Shown here: positions 39,095 to 48,693 of the stretch, piece by piece
Numbering within the stretch: the first letter of the stretch is position 1
Layout: the number at the start of each line of letters is the position of its first letter
From: Thermodesulfovibrionales bacterium
GTDB taxonomy: Bacteria; Nitrospirota; Thermodesulfovibrionia; Thermodesulfovibrionales; UBA6898
DNA length: 64,000 nt
Direction: 5' to 3'
Assembly (NCBI GenBank): GCA_044450345.1
Contig: JBIOIY010000005.1
Span: forward strand, 30,779-94,778
Notes under the pieces: model-generated
The model's input: the letters and a program-made list of their open reading frames with translations, nothing else
The model's database searches: none
What the model was told of the DNA's origin: nothing
Position numbers and translations under genes: made by a program

Positions 39095-39632
39095 GACACT
39101 CGTACTCACTATGCCGTTGATGCTCTGTCTCATGGTCTTTGCGGCTTACCATTACGGATACGCGAGGATAAAATCGGATCTCTCCACTATTAAAGAAGAG
39201 CAGGAAGGGAAATTGAGGATTCTCGCTAAGTCTAATGCCCTTATTTCAGAAAGGCCCGACCTCGAAAAGCAGATTGCCAAATTGAAGGAGGAGAGGCAGG
39301 CTGAAAAGTCCAAATTAGTCGAAGGACAGACTCTTTCTCTTTCGGCCGCCTCACTCCAGGAAACGATTAAAGGCATCGTCGTCGGCAAGGGTGGGTCCAT
39401 TTCCAGCGAGCGGGTCGGGAAACCCGAAGACCATGGAAATTTCAAGGTCATTACAGTCAGCATCGACGCGGTATTGCCGGACACGCGGGCACTGGAAGAT
39501 ATCATTTTTTCGATAGAATCGAGGACGCCCTATCTTGTCGTGAAAGAACTTGATACCCGGGTGAGAAACTTCAGGGAACCTAGAGACCTCCTGATAAAAT
39601 TGGACGTCTCCGCACTTACGGGAGGCAAGTAA
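39081..39632 (+). CDS. GspM-like protein
   Basis: Single TM, coiled coil, LQE...IES.TPYL.V..L (T2SSM_b-like); start ATG 39081. Confidence 0.7.
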   Translation: MTRNKTLVLTMPLMLCLMVFAAYHYGYARIKSDLSTIKEEQEGKLRILAKSNALISERPDLEKQIAKLKEERQAEKSKLVEGQTLSLSAASLQETIKGIVVGKGGSISSERVGKPEDHGNFKVITVSIDAVLPDTRALEDIIFSIESRTPYLVVKELDTRVRNFREPRDLLIKLDVSALTGGK

Positions 39633-39634
39633 AG

Positions 39635-40336
39635 ATGGGAAGAATGAGATGGATACTCAGCAATCTCAGCGTAATCAATATTACGCTTGCGGCAGTGCTC
39701 ATTGTCTTTGCGGGTTATGCGTTCTTGCCTCTGTCCGGCAAAAGCGCCAAACTTGCAATGCCTGCCGCAAAAAGGCAGGCCTCAGCCGCGGCAACTTCTG
39801 AAAAACCCGCCGAGATCAAGAGTCCTTCCCCGTCCGACTACTTCATCATCGCCGAACAGAACATTTTTCACCCTGAAAGAAAGATACCCGTCGAGAAAAA
39901 AGAGGCCGCCGCGCCTCCTCTGCCCAAGCCCGATTTCGTTCTCTACGGGACATTAATTCTGGACGATATGAAAATTGCTTACATGGAAGACAGGAAGGCC
40001 CCCCAGAATTCGCCGACGAGGGGGAAAAAACAGATACCGCTCAGGCCGGGACAGGCATTAAGCGGGTTTGTCCTGAAAGAAATTGACGCCGACAAGGTCG
40101 TCATGGTCAGGGGAGATGAAAAACTCGAGGTCCAACTTAACGACGCTTCGAAATCCAAAACGAGAGAGGGAGCAACGACCGCAACGGGTACCCAGGCCGG
40201 GGCACCTCCTCAGGCCGCAGTTACTTCCCCTTTTTCATCCGCTCAGCCTCCAACCACTGGCGCGGCAACTGCCCCGCAGGCCGCGATGCCCGGGATTTTC
40301 AGGAGAGGAATAAGGCAGCGGCCTAGCGGTGGCTAG
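39635..40336 (+). CDS. GspC/GspN-like T2SS accessory protein
   Basis: N-terminal TM, NIFHPER, FVLYGTL, G.VLKEI..DKVV HR-domain-like pattern, Pro/Ala-rich tail; last gene of the gsp run. Confidence 0.6.
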   Translation: MGRMRWILSNLSVINITLAAVLIVFAGYAFLPLSGKSAKLAMPAAKRQASAAATSEKPAEIKSPSPSDYFIIAEQNIFHPERKIPVEKKEAAAPPLPKPDFVLYGTLILDDMKIAYMEDRKAPQNSPTRGKKQIPLRPGQALSGFVLKEIDADKVVMVRGDEKLEVQLNDASKSKTREGATTATGTQAGAPPQAAVTSPFSSAQPPTTGAATAPQAAMPGIFRRGIRQRPSGG

Positions 40337-40444
40337 GGCGGGCCGGACTTTGGAAGACTTATTGTGTCCCGCAGGCTCCGATCTGTTTCGGTAGATTTTC
40401 GGGGGCGGGATAACATGAATGGACCGGGACAAATAGGTATCGGT

Positions 40445-41392
40445 TTAAAGAAAGTCGGTATCTCCCATGGTATAGAAGAACCTTCCCTTCATTTCTTCCT
40501 TGGCCAGATAGCCTTCTATGGTAGACCGCGGGATAGAAATTCCGGCTGGGTACAGTGAAAAACCTTCGCGGGCAACTCGCTCTCTAAGATATTCCGGAAG
40601 CCAGAAGACCAGTTTCTTAATACCCGTTGAATATAAGTAATTTTCTATCTTTTGAAAAAAGGGGCCCAACAGGTCCAGCGGGCAGACGAAATCCATGAGA
40701 AGCATTCTTTCATTATCTTTCCTCATGACAGCGAGTCCGGCTAGCTGTAATCCCCACCGTTTCTTGAGGCCCCAGAACTCATATGAGAAATAAGGATGCC
40801 TTTGGTATCTCCACCTGAGGTACTCCCTGTCTCTAATAACCGCCAGGTGAATCCTTCCTTTTAACTGTTCCCATAGCGTGTCAATCCTGCTGTCCTCATA
40901 CCGTAGGGGAAAGAACCTGTACGTATAGCGGTTCAGATTATTATGGGATTGCACATCCTTGCCGGCTTCGAATACGTCTTCCACCTTCTCATAGAGGCCG
41001 AGTTTTTCAGGCAGGCGGAAGGCCCTTTCATTGGGAAACCCATAGCCCAGAACAATCCCGTTCCGCACAGCCTCGGTGGGACCTATTGTTGCTAGCTCTC
41101 TGAAAAGACGTATCCCCCTGCATTTAGGGTGAGTCATGACATCCCCTATGGAGATACCATAAATCTTCCTGCCACGGTGTATTGCGCGCTGAACCATGCA
41201 TCCGTAATGGCCGATAATTTCTCCCGAAACGTTCTCCGCAACCGATGAGTATACACTGCGTTCTCCCTCGCCCGTATATTTCCACATCCATTCCTCAAGA
41301 GACATCTCCCTGCCGAAGACCTCTTTAAAAAGGCCCCTAATGCCAACTTCATCGCCCGGTCTGTAGAGCCTGACATCAGGACTCTGTGTCAT
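40445..41392 (-). CDS. GNAT-family acyltransferase
   Basis: GDVMTHPKCRGIRLF acyl-CoA-binding motif, YGFPN, RD..YL.WRY..HP, TMGD.D. Confidence 0.75.
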   Translation of the reverse strand: MTQSPDVRLYRPGDEVGIRGLFKEVFGREMSLEEWMWKYTGEGERSVYSSVAENVSGEIIGHYGCMVQRAIHRGRKIYGISIGDVMTHPKCRGIRLFRELATIGPTEAVRNGIVLGYGFPNERAFRLPEKLGLYEKVEDVFEAGKDVQSHNNLNRYTYRFFPLRYEDSRIDTLWEQLKGRIHLAVIRDREYLRWRYQRHPYFSYEFWGLKKRWGLQLAGLAVMRKDNERMLLMDFVCPLDLLGPFFQKIENYLYSTGIKKLVFWLPEYLRERVAREGFSLYPAGISIPRSTIEGYLAKEEMKGRFFYTMGDTDFL

Positions 41393-41469
41393 ACAGGAAC
41401 CTGCCTTTCAATTTCATCCTTCATGGCCGCTGTCATGCCTGATCTCGGCGGGGACTGGACATACTGGGT

Positions 41470-42636
41470 TCAAATTGTCCATCTGTAGGGTATATTGATA
41501 AATCCCGGTTCCATACTTTCCTTGGGAACGGTAAAGGGAGTCGTCGCGCGGGTGTCATATTTATGAACAAAATTTTCGTCCATCACATGGATCTGCAGAA
41601 AAAAAGTGCCTTCCTTCAATTGAAGCGAGGGGAAACAGAGGGTGATCTTTCTGCTGCCATAAAACGGCTCGTAGGCCTTTGTGCCGATCCCTATAATCCT
41701 CAATTCGTCAATCCTGAAGAGGACCGCTGCCAACCGGTAGGGAACAGAATCATCCATTGACATTATTTCTATCTCGACAGTCAGATCGTCACCGCTCCTC
41801 ACTGTCGGGTATGGTGTCAGGATCAAGTTATGTATCATAATAGAAGCGGCCTCAGGGGACCTCACCCGCTCCGTCTGAAGGGTCTCCCCGCTCTTGGCCG
41901 CTTCCTTTTTCAATTGGTATGTCTCATATGCCTGCGTAACCTCATGGGCTGAGCCATCCATGGCAATCTCCCCGTTTCTTAGCCATATCACCTTGTCGCA
42001 CAACCTGTTGATATAGTACATGCTATGAGAACAAAAAATTATCGTCTTGCCCTTATCTTTAATCGACAAAATCTTGTCCGTGCTTTTCTTCTGAAAATAG
42101 AGGTCCCCCACGGAAAGCGCCTCATCCACAACCAGGATGTCAGGCTCAACAGCCATTGCGACCGAAAATGCCAACCGAACGTGCATGCCGGAAGAATAGG
42201 TCTTGAGAGGGTAGTTAATATGTTCTCCGATTTCGGCAAAGGAGACCACCTCCTGGACCCTCCTCTTCATCTCGGAAGAGGGTATCCCCAGAAGGGAGCC
42301 GTAAAAATAGATGTTGTCAATCCCTGTAAATTCGGGATGAAATCCCGCCCCAAGCTCCAAAAGGGAAGAGACCATCCCCTCGATATTGACCTCCCCGCCT
42401 GTGGGTTTAAGGGTCTTCGCAATTATCTTCAGCAGGGTCGACTTCCCGGCCCCGTTCTCACCGATTATACCGAGGGTTTCCCCTTTCTTGACCCTTATAT
42501 TTAGCCTATTCAGCGCGACGAATTCCTTGTGCAGCCGTTTGCGGAAGAGCGTCTCTTTGAGTCTGTCCACCGGCCTTTGATACAAACGGTAGACCTTGCT
42601 CACATCTTTTATACTGATTGCGACGCCTTCAATCAT
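41470..42636 (-). CDS. wzt: Polysaccharide ABC transporter ATPase Wzt with C-terminal domain
   Basis: GENGAGKST, LELGAGFHPEFTG, YSSGM..RLAF, DEALSVGD, SH; TGATG coupling to wzm. Confidence 0.92.
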   Translation of the reverse strand: MIEGVAISIKDVSKVYRLYQRPVDRLKETLFRKRLHKEFVALNRLNIRVKKGETLGIIGENGAGKSTLLKIIAKTLKPTGGEVNIEGMVSSLLELGAGFHPEFTGIDNIYFYGSLLGIPSSEMKRRVQEVVSFAEIGEHINYPLKTYSSGMHVRLAFSVAMAVEPDILVVDEALSVGDLYFQKKSTDKILSIKDKGKTIIFCSHSMYYINRLCDKVIWLRNGEIAMDGSAHEVTQAYETYQLKKEAAKSGETLQTERVRSPEAASIMIHNLILTPYPTVRSGDDLTVEIEIMSMDDSVPYRLAAVLFRIDELRIIGIGTKAYEPFYGSRKITLCFPSLQLKEGTFFLQIHVMDENFVHKYDTRATTPFTVPKESMEPGFINIPYRWTI

Positions 42637-43403
42637 CAAAGTATGTCCGCAAATCCTTCGTTCAGTTTCATAAAGACCTTTATGCCGAGAAATAAAAACA
42701 GACCCGAACAAAAGGCCATCGCGCCCATATGCCACGGTCCGGGGAGCGTACCTTCGAAAATTATCTTGTGGTAGGACTCGATATAAAGTGTAACGGGGTT
42801 AAGGTAGGTAAGACCTCTGACCCTCTCCGGAATAGCATCAAGACTGTAAAGTATGGGGGACAGGAAGAACATTCCCTGAAGCACATACCCGATTACCTGC
42901 TGGAGGTCCCTCATATAAGGGATTATTGCGGCAAGCAACATTCCGACCCCCATGGAAAAAAGAAGCTGGAGAATAAGCACTGGCACAATCAGAAAAAGGG
43001 AAAGATGCGAAAGCCCTGAAAACGTAAAGGCGAGGATAAAAAGAATGACACCCACCATGCTCTGCACATGGCTGGAAAGGGTAATCGATATCGGCAGGAT
43101 AATTATGGGGAAGGGGACTTTCTTCACCAACTCGGCATTCTCAAGTATGATCGTGCCGGATCTGGCTATGCTTTCGGATATGGCGAGCCAAAAAAAATAG
43201 GTGGAGAGAAGAAAGAAAACATACGGGATCTGCGCATTAGAGTGGGGCTTTACACGCATCACAGTCGAAAACACGAACCAGTACAACAGTATCTGAAAAA
43301 CAGGCATCATGACAGTCCAGAAAATTCCCAGGCCGGAGCCGGCATATCTGGACTTTATATCTTTGATGAGGAAATATTTTACAAGGTTAACCCAATTAGT
43401 CAT
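42636..43403 (-). CDS. wzm: Polysaccharide ABC transporter permease Wzm
   Basis: DIKSRYAGSGLG..W, LVKKV.FP, RDL, SPILY, NP, FADIL; six TM helices. Confidence 0.92.
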   Translation of the reverse strand: MTNWVNLVKYFLIKDIKSRYAGSGLGIFWTVMMPVFQILLYWFVFSTVMRVKPHSNAQIPYVFFLLSTYFFWLAISESIARSGTIILENAELVKKVPFPIIILPISITLSSHVQSMVGVILFILAFTFSGLSHLSLFLIVPVLILQLLFSMGVGMLLAAIIPYMRDLQQVIGYVLQGMFFLSPILYSLDAIPERVRGLTYLNPVTLYIESYHKIIFEGTLPGPWHMGAMAFCSGLFLFLGIKVFMKLNEGFADIL

Positions 43404-43642
43404 CTTGCGGTTATTATAATAATACTATTTTTGCGTCGATTTTATCCATACATGGCATGCCGAATCCTTAAACGGCTGCCAGCTTTTGCTGTCATGCAAT
43501 TATCTTAAAAATAGGAATCGAGTGTTTCGGCGCATATAATTAAGAAGGGAGTCACGTACCGGCATAACAATTCAAAAGGGCATCTCAAATCTCTCTCACC
43601 CTGATACTACAGTCAGATCGAAGGGCGGACGCTTAGGACACC

Positions 43643-44584
43643 TCAGCCATTTATTCTTAGCCAAAAAGAAGAACCGTGAATCAAAACAAGACCACTTGCA
43701 GCGCCCTTGTCATTTAGGGCTTTTTGGATTGTTGCGAGCATGTCAAACTCTTTCGCGCCATTCAGCAATGGGTCTTGCCAAACCGGATTCAAGATGCGAT
43801 TCAATTCCGCATCCAAACTAATAAAGGCATTGGCCAATAGCACTTCAAACTTATTACCCTCTGCCAAAAGATACGCCGCCAACAAGTATTGCTCGGAATA
43901 ATGTCTTTCTGCCCACTGCGGCGGATAATCAAAGGGCAGCACAATGTCATGAAATTCGACAATGACGCCAGGCCTTAAACGAGGGAGTATGTCCAGGAAA
44001 GCAACCGTTGCGTCAGAATTCATGAAAACGCGATGGGAATTATCTATAAATAAAATATCCCCCGCTTCCAATTCATCAAAAATTTCCAAGTCAATGAGCT
44101 CAAGCGGCTTTTGAATCAGCGCATCGCAAATATCTTCTATCCCCGGATGAGGATAAGGTTCAATTGCAGTAATCCGTGTTGGCAAACGCTGGTCAGAAAT
44201 AGCCCGACGGACAAATTTTGTCGATTGACCGATGCCTACCTCAAAATACCTTTTAGGTCTGAGAAGAGAAACGAAGCCATACAATGCGGCAGCGTCTAAA
44301 CCGGGCATCATACCATTGATCCAGGCGGGTTCATTACTCTGGTTGTCGGAATGATATTTTGGAATAGCAAGATAGTTTGCTTTAAAGGCCAAGAAAGTTT
44401 GCAAATGCCCTTCGAAAGTCTTTCTGCTTCTGTTGAGAATTTCATACAGTTTTGGATGAGGGGGCTTGCCCCATCCATACCGTGATTCGGACCGGAGAGG
44501 ATAGTCCAGAAAAATGGGATATGGGTAATTCAACTTATTTGAGATTGGGGAAACGGGATTGCTCAGAAAGGCAGGTTTATCCAT
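43643..44584 (-). CDS. Class I SAM-dependent methyltransferase (Methyltransf_24-like)
   Basis: FEVGIGQST, AIEPYP, GDILFIDNSH, LRPGV..FHDI, SEQY. Confidence 0.8.
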   Translation of the reverse strand: MDKPAFLSNPVSPISNKLNYPYPIFLDYPLRSESRYGWGKPPHPKLYEILNRSRKTFEGHLQTFLAFKANYLAIPKYHSDNQSNEPAWINGMMPGLDAAALYGFVSLLRPKRYFEVGIGQSTKFVRRAISDQRLPTRITAIEPYPHPGIEDICDALIQKPLELIDLEIFDELEAGDILFIDNSHRVFMNSDATVAFLDILPRLRPGVIVEFHDIVLPFDYPPQWAERHYSEQYLLAAYLLAEGNKFEVLLANAFISLDAELNRILNPVWQDPLLNGAKEFDMLATIQKALNDKGAASGLVLIHGSSFWLRING

Positions 44585-44921
44585 AAATCTAATCCCCTAT
44601 AATTCCAAAGTACCCGCTGGATATATTTGGTCACATATGATCTTTCCGAAAAAAAAGCAAGCCAACTCCTCTCAGCACTATTAAAAAGTAACACAAAAAA
44701 CGCGCTCAGGTCAAGCCGTGACATGCCAGGCATAATATTCGGGGAGCCGCTTCAGGCGTGACGACAAAGTTCAAACCCGTTTACTTTTTCTCTTCCGGCA
44801 TGCTAAATTTATTCTATGAGAGGAACGCAATTTCTTACAACTATACACGCTGCCGCCTTGCGCGGCAGGAGAAAAAGCTCCTTATTTTCACACGAGGGAT
44901 TGGCGTAAGAAGAAACTCATA

Positions 44922-45893
44922 ATGGCAAATTCCCCGGCGTTCATCGGAGGGTTTCGCAGCGGATCCACCCTGCTGATCAATTACCTCGGTTTGCATCCGC
45001 GCATATCGGCAATCTATGAGACCAAGTTCTTGACGGATTTGCTTCGCATCGCGCGGCTGCTTATGGATGAAAATGGGCGGGGGCGGCGTGAACTAACATT
45101 GCTCGCCGAATGGGTCGGGGTTCCGGCCATGTCTCGTGAAACGGCCATAGAGTTTCTTGTTCAACGGGCTCTCGAAGATATATCACTTACTCAGCGGGTC
45201 CTCGACGGAGTGGCTCCTGACGGCAAGGCCCCCCATGAGCGTTACGCCCTGGGGTCCAACCATATCCTCTGGTCGGCTACGGAGGCCATAGAGGCGATCG
45301 ATCCGTTTCTGCGTGCGGTGCGTGATAAAAGTGGGCCTCATCAGCTACTCCCCGTACTTGCCTCGGGTATGCAAGAGCTCTTCTCTTTGCACGCCGGCCG
45401 CGAGAGTAAGCGTTATTGGATCAATAAGACCCCGGAAATCCCGCGGTTTCTGCCGGAGCTCCGTCAGATGATGGGACGTATTCGTTTGGTCCATCTGGTC
45501 CGCGACGGTCGAGATGTGGTCCACTCTTCAGCGAAGTTAAACTGGTGGTCTGTCGAGATGGGAACGAAATGGTGGAAATTATTCATCGAGGATGTTCGGA
45601 CAGAGGCATCCCACTATCCCGAGGATTATCTGGAGTTGCGATATGAGGAGTTTGTTGCAGACCACACGGGGGCCATCAGCAAGGTGCTTGATTTCCTGGA
45701 GATAGAGGGAACCGCGGCAGAGTTCGTCGATGCCCAGGAACGGCACGCCCCGGATAGCACGTCCGCAGATGAGGCGGTACGCCGCATCGGGCAATGGCGC
45801 TCCGGAATGACTGCCAATGACAGGACAGTCTTCAAAACGATTGCAAATGATCTTTTAATATCCTTGGGCTACGCCAAGGATGCGGAGTGGTAG
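44922..45893 (+). CDS. Sulfotransferase
   Basis: 5'-PSB FIGGFRSGSTLL...LGLHP, KTP, 3'-PB LVRDGRDVVHS, RYEE, IGQWR. Confidence 0.88.
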   Translation: MANSPAFIGGFRSGSTLLINYLGLHPRISAIYETKFLTDLLRIARLLMDENGRGRRELTLLAEWVGVPAMSRETAIEFLVQRALEDISLTQRVLDGVAPDGKAPHERYALGSNHILWSATEAIEAIDPFLRAVRDKSGPHQLLPVLASGMQELFSLHAGRESKRYWINKTPEIPRFLPELRQMMGRIRLVHLVRDGRDVVHSSAKLNWWSVEMGTKWWKLFIEDVRTEASHYPEDYLELRYEEFVADHTGAISKVLDFLEIEGTAAEFVDAQERHAPDSTSADEAVRRIGQWRSGMTANDRTVFKTIANDLLISLGYAKDAEW

Positions 45894-45958
45894 GATATTC
45901 GGATTCTACACCTTAATGAAGCAGAAATTAAAGATTAAAGACATTGACAGGATAACAC

Positions 45959-46780
45959 ATGAAAAAAAGACATGAAAGAATCTTGGTAGCAGGAAACGGT
46001 AAATCTGGAACGACGGCACTCTATTTCAGAATCAAGAAATCTCTTCCGGGCGAGGTTTCGGGCTTTTTTGAGCCGGCCTGCTTTGAAGAAATAGAAAAAT
46101 ATGCTATGCCGGATCGCCACATTATTTCAAAAATTCTGTTGCCGGTGGAAGGCGGCTTTTTTGAACGCATAAATAGTTTTTTTAATAAGAAGATATTGAT
46201 AGTCAGGGATCCGAGGGACATAATAACCAGTTCGCTCCTTTACAAGGGGGCTTATGAATTAGTCTGGAAAAAAACTCCCGAGCAGATTTCCCAATGTATA
46301 AATCTCCTGAAAAAGAAGGAAGCTGATCCCTCTTCGCTGCCTGTGATTAAGCTGCTTCAACACTTGCATGATGATCATGATTTAAAAGACTACGCTGATT
46401 GGATCGCGCACCGCGTATCACTGACTGTCCAATTGGCCGATAACCCCTCCTTTTTTATTTTTAAGTACGAAGACCTTATCGCCGAAAGGTTAAATTCATT
46501 GGAAAATTATCTGGAATTTCCATTGACCTCAGATACGAGCATCGACGAGGAGTACTCGCGGGTGGTAAGGACCAAGAAGAGCGGATCATGGAAAGACTGG
46601 TTTTTGGAAGAAGACATACTTTTTTTTAAACCGTTATTCGCCGAGTGCATCGCCAAGTTGGATTATGATCCGGACTGGACGCCGAACGCTGACCGAAAAA
46701 TATTGCCCCAGCATTCCTCCGAATATTTCAGGAAGCTCGTCAACGAAAGAAGGACTCAAGAAGGGCTGCCACTGATATGA
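45959..46780 (+). CDS. Sulfotransferase-like P-loop protein
   Basis: AGNGKSGTTAL, FEP, VRDPRDIITS, KYED, GSWKDWF. Confidence 0.75.
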   Translation: MKKRHERILVAGNGKSGTTALYFRIKKSLPGEVSGFFEPACFEEIEKYAMPDRHIISKILLPVEGGFFERINSFFNKKILIVRDPRDIITSSLLYKGAYELVWKKTPEQISQCINLLKKKEADPSSLPVIKLLQHLHDDHDLKDYADWIAHRVSLTVQLADNPSFFIFKYEDLIAERLNSLENYLEFPLTSDTSIDEEYSRVVRTKKSGSWKDWFLEEDILFFKPLFAECIAKLDYDPDWTPNADRKILPQHSSEYFRKLVNERRTQEGLPLI

Positions 46781-46897
46781 GACAGTCAAGACCTTTATTA
46801 TTGTTCCAGGTCTGGAGGCTTCATAGACTTTGAACACTCCGCTAACGAAGGAGAGGCTTTCAATAGTCCCGATGAGGGAACTTATGAGGGCGGTTTT

Positions 46898-47611
46898 ATG
46901 TCTCCATTAACAGGTCCCGCTTGCGGGCTTCCCCCTATTGAGAGAGCCTTGTTCCTTGCGCCTCACCCTGATGATGAGGCGTTGGGCTGCGGCGGCACCA
47001 TACTCCGGTTGAATGCCGCCGGTGCGGCTTCCCGCGTCGTTTTTCTGACAGACGGGGAAAGGTTATACGGTGATCCCAGTCGTGATGTGGCCGAAAAAAG
47101 AAGAATGGAGGGCCTGAAATCTTCGGAACTGCTTGGATGCGGAGGGCCGGTCTTCCTCGGCTTTCCCGATGGCGGTCTCACTCACTGCATAATAGAGATC
47201 AGCGAAAGGTTGTCCGGTATTGTTGCCGCGATGAAACCTGACATTGTCTTTGCGCCTTCACCAATTGATTATCACCATGATCATATTGCGGCGTCAAGGA
47301 TTGCACAGGAGCTGCTGAGAAATCTCGGCTCTTTTAAGTTGGCATTCTATGAGGTATATTCCACACTGCGGTTTACCCATCTTGTCGAGATAACAGATGT
47401 TGCCGAAAAGAAGAAAGAGGCCATCCTCAATTACAGGACCAGTCTTTACGGGAAGCCGGATTTATATGTACATGCGGCTCTGGGTCTCAATGCCCACAGG
47501 GCCGTCTTTGTTCAGAAAGAAGGGTATTACGAGGCATTCCATGTTGTTGAGACAGCGGCGGATCTCAGCTCCCTGCTCGATTATCTCTGTTATAAAGACC
47601 TATATCTATAA
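46898..47611 (+). CDS. PIG-L family deacetylase
   Basis: APHPDDEALGCGGT, TDGE, RRME, HHDH. Confidence 0.9.
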   Translation: MSPLTGPACGLPPIERALFLAPHPDDEALGCGGTILRLNAAGAASRVVFLTDGERLYGDPSRDVAEKRRMEGLKSSELLGCGGPVFLGFPDGGLTHCIIEISERLSGIVAAMKPDIVFAPSPIDYHHDHIAASRIAQELLRNLGSFKLAFYEVYSTLRFTHLVEITDVAEKKKEAILNYRTSLYGKPDLYVHAALGLNAHRAVFVQKEGYYEAFHVVETAADLSSLLDYLCYKDLYL

Positions 47612-47702
47612 TTTCTCCCGCTTCAATGCGCTAATCGATGTGGGTGCCGCACTGTCCCATCGCTCGGATAATTATGCGAAGGCGGCTCGCATGTAACAGA
47701 TA

Positions 47703-48587
47703 TTATTTTTTAACGCCGGTCAGCAGTTCGGGATGCATCTCGACCTTGGCGTTTTTCAACGCATTATCTATAACATCTTTTGTCCTTTCCCTGGTCACTT
47801 CATCGAGCAGCTTCAGCCTGACTTTTTCCTTTGCGGTCTCGAAAGGCTCGACGCCGGCCTCCTTCTTCTCCTCGACCTTTATGATATGAAACCCGAAAGT
47901 CGTCTCGACCACGCCGCTCACCTCGCCGGGGTTAAGAGAAAAGGCGGCCTCTTCAAAGGGCTTGACCATCTTGCCCCTGCCGAAAAAACCAAGTTCCCCG
48001 CCTTTCGCTTTAGAGCCTGGGTCATCGGAAAACTCAGCGGCAAGTTTCGCAAAATCCTCGCCCGCCCTGATCTTTTTCAATAGGTCTTCGGCCTTTCCCT
48101 TCGCCTTTTTCTTTTCTTCCTCAGAGGCCGATTTATCGGCCTTGATGAGGATATGCCGGGCCTTTACCATCTCCGGGAACTTAAATGACTTTTCGTTTGC
48201 GATGTAATAGGTCTTCACGTCCTCTTCCGTTATATTGATCTTTGCGACTTCCTGTCTGAGAAGCTCCTGGGCAAGTATCTCATCTGCGTAGTAGTCAATC
48301 TGTTGTCTCACCCTTTCGTCTTTGTCCAGCCCCCTCGACCGTGCGATATCGGAGAGGGCTTTCACCTGCACGATCCTCCTCAGCAGCGTTTCGTTATTCT
48401 TCGGGTTCTCCACAAGCAACTTTTTCTTGTCCGGCGGAAAGGAGCTGATGAACCTCTCGAATTCGGCGACGGTTATATTCTTGTCGCCGATCTTTGCCAG
48501 TACCGCGTCATCGCCCGCAGACGAGGCGCTCACGTGGAGCAAAGCGGCCGCAATAATGGATACGCAAAACAACAATTTTCTTATCAT
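47703..48587 (-). CDS. Parvulin-type peptidyl-prolyl isomerase (PrsA/PpiC-like foldase)
   Basis: Signal peptide, [43 protein letters not shown]. Confidence 0.92.
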   Translation of the reverse strand: MIRKLLFCVSIIAAALLHVSASSAGDDAVLAKIGDKNITVAEFERFISSFPPDKKKLLVENPKNNETLLRRIVQVKALSDIARSRGLDKDERVRQQIDYYADEILAQELLRQEVAKINITEEDVKTYYIANEKSFKFPEMVKARHILIKADKSASEEEKKKAKGKAEDLLKKIRAGEDFAKLAAEFSDDPGSKAKGGELGFFGRGKMVKPFEEAAFSLNPGEVSGVVETTFGFHIIKVEEKKEAGVEPFETAKEKVRLKLLDEVTRERTKDVIDNALKNAKVEMHPELLTGVKK

Positions 48588-48621
48588 ACTCAGTCTCCTT
48601 GATAGATAGAATTTTTGGACA

Positions 48622-48655
48622 AAAATAAAGGGGAGTAAAAACTCCCCTTTATTTT
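48622..48655. terminator. Strong hairpin, probable intrinsic terminator of the Cys-rich surface protein gene
   Basis: AAAATAAAGGGGAGT-AAAA-ACTCCCCTTTATTTT, a perfect 15-bp inverted repeat. Confidence 0.8.
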
Positions 48656-48693
48656 AATACATCCGCCCTCTTTTTAAAAGAGAGCCGCCGGTC

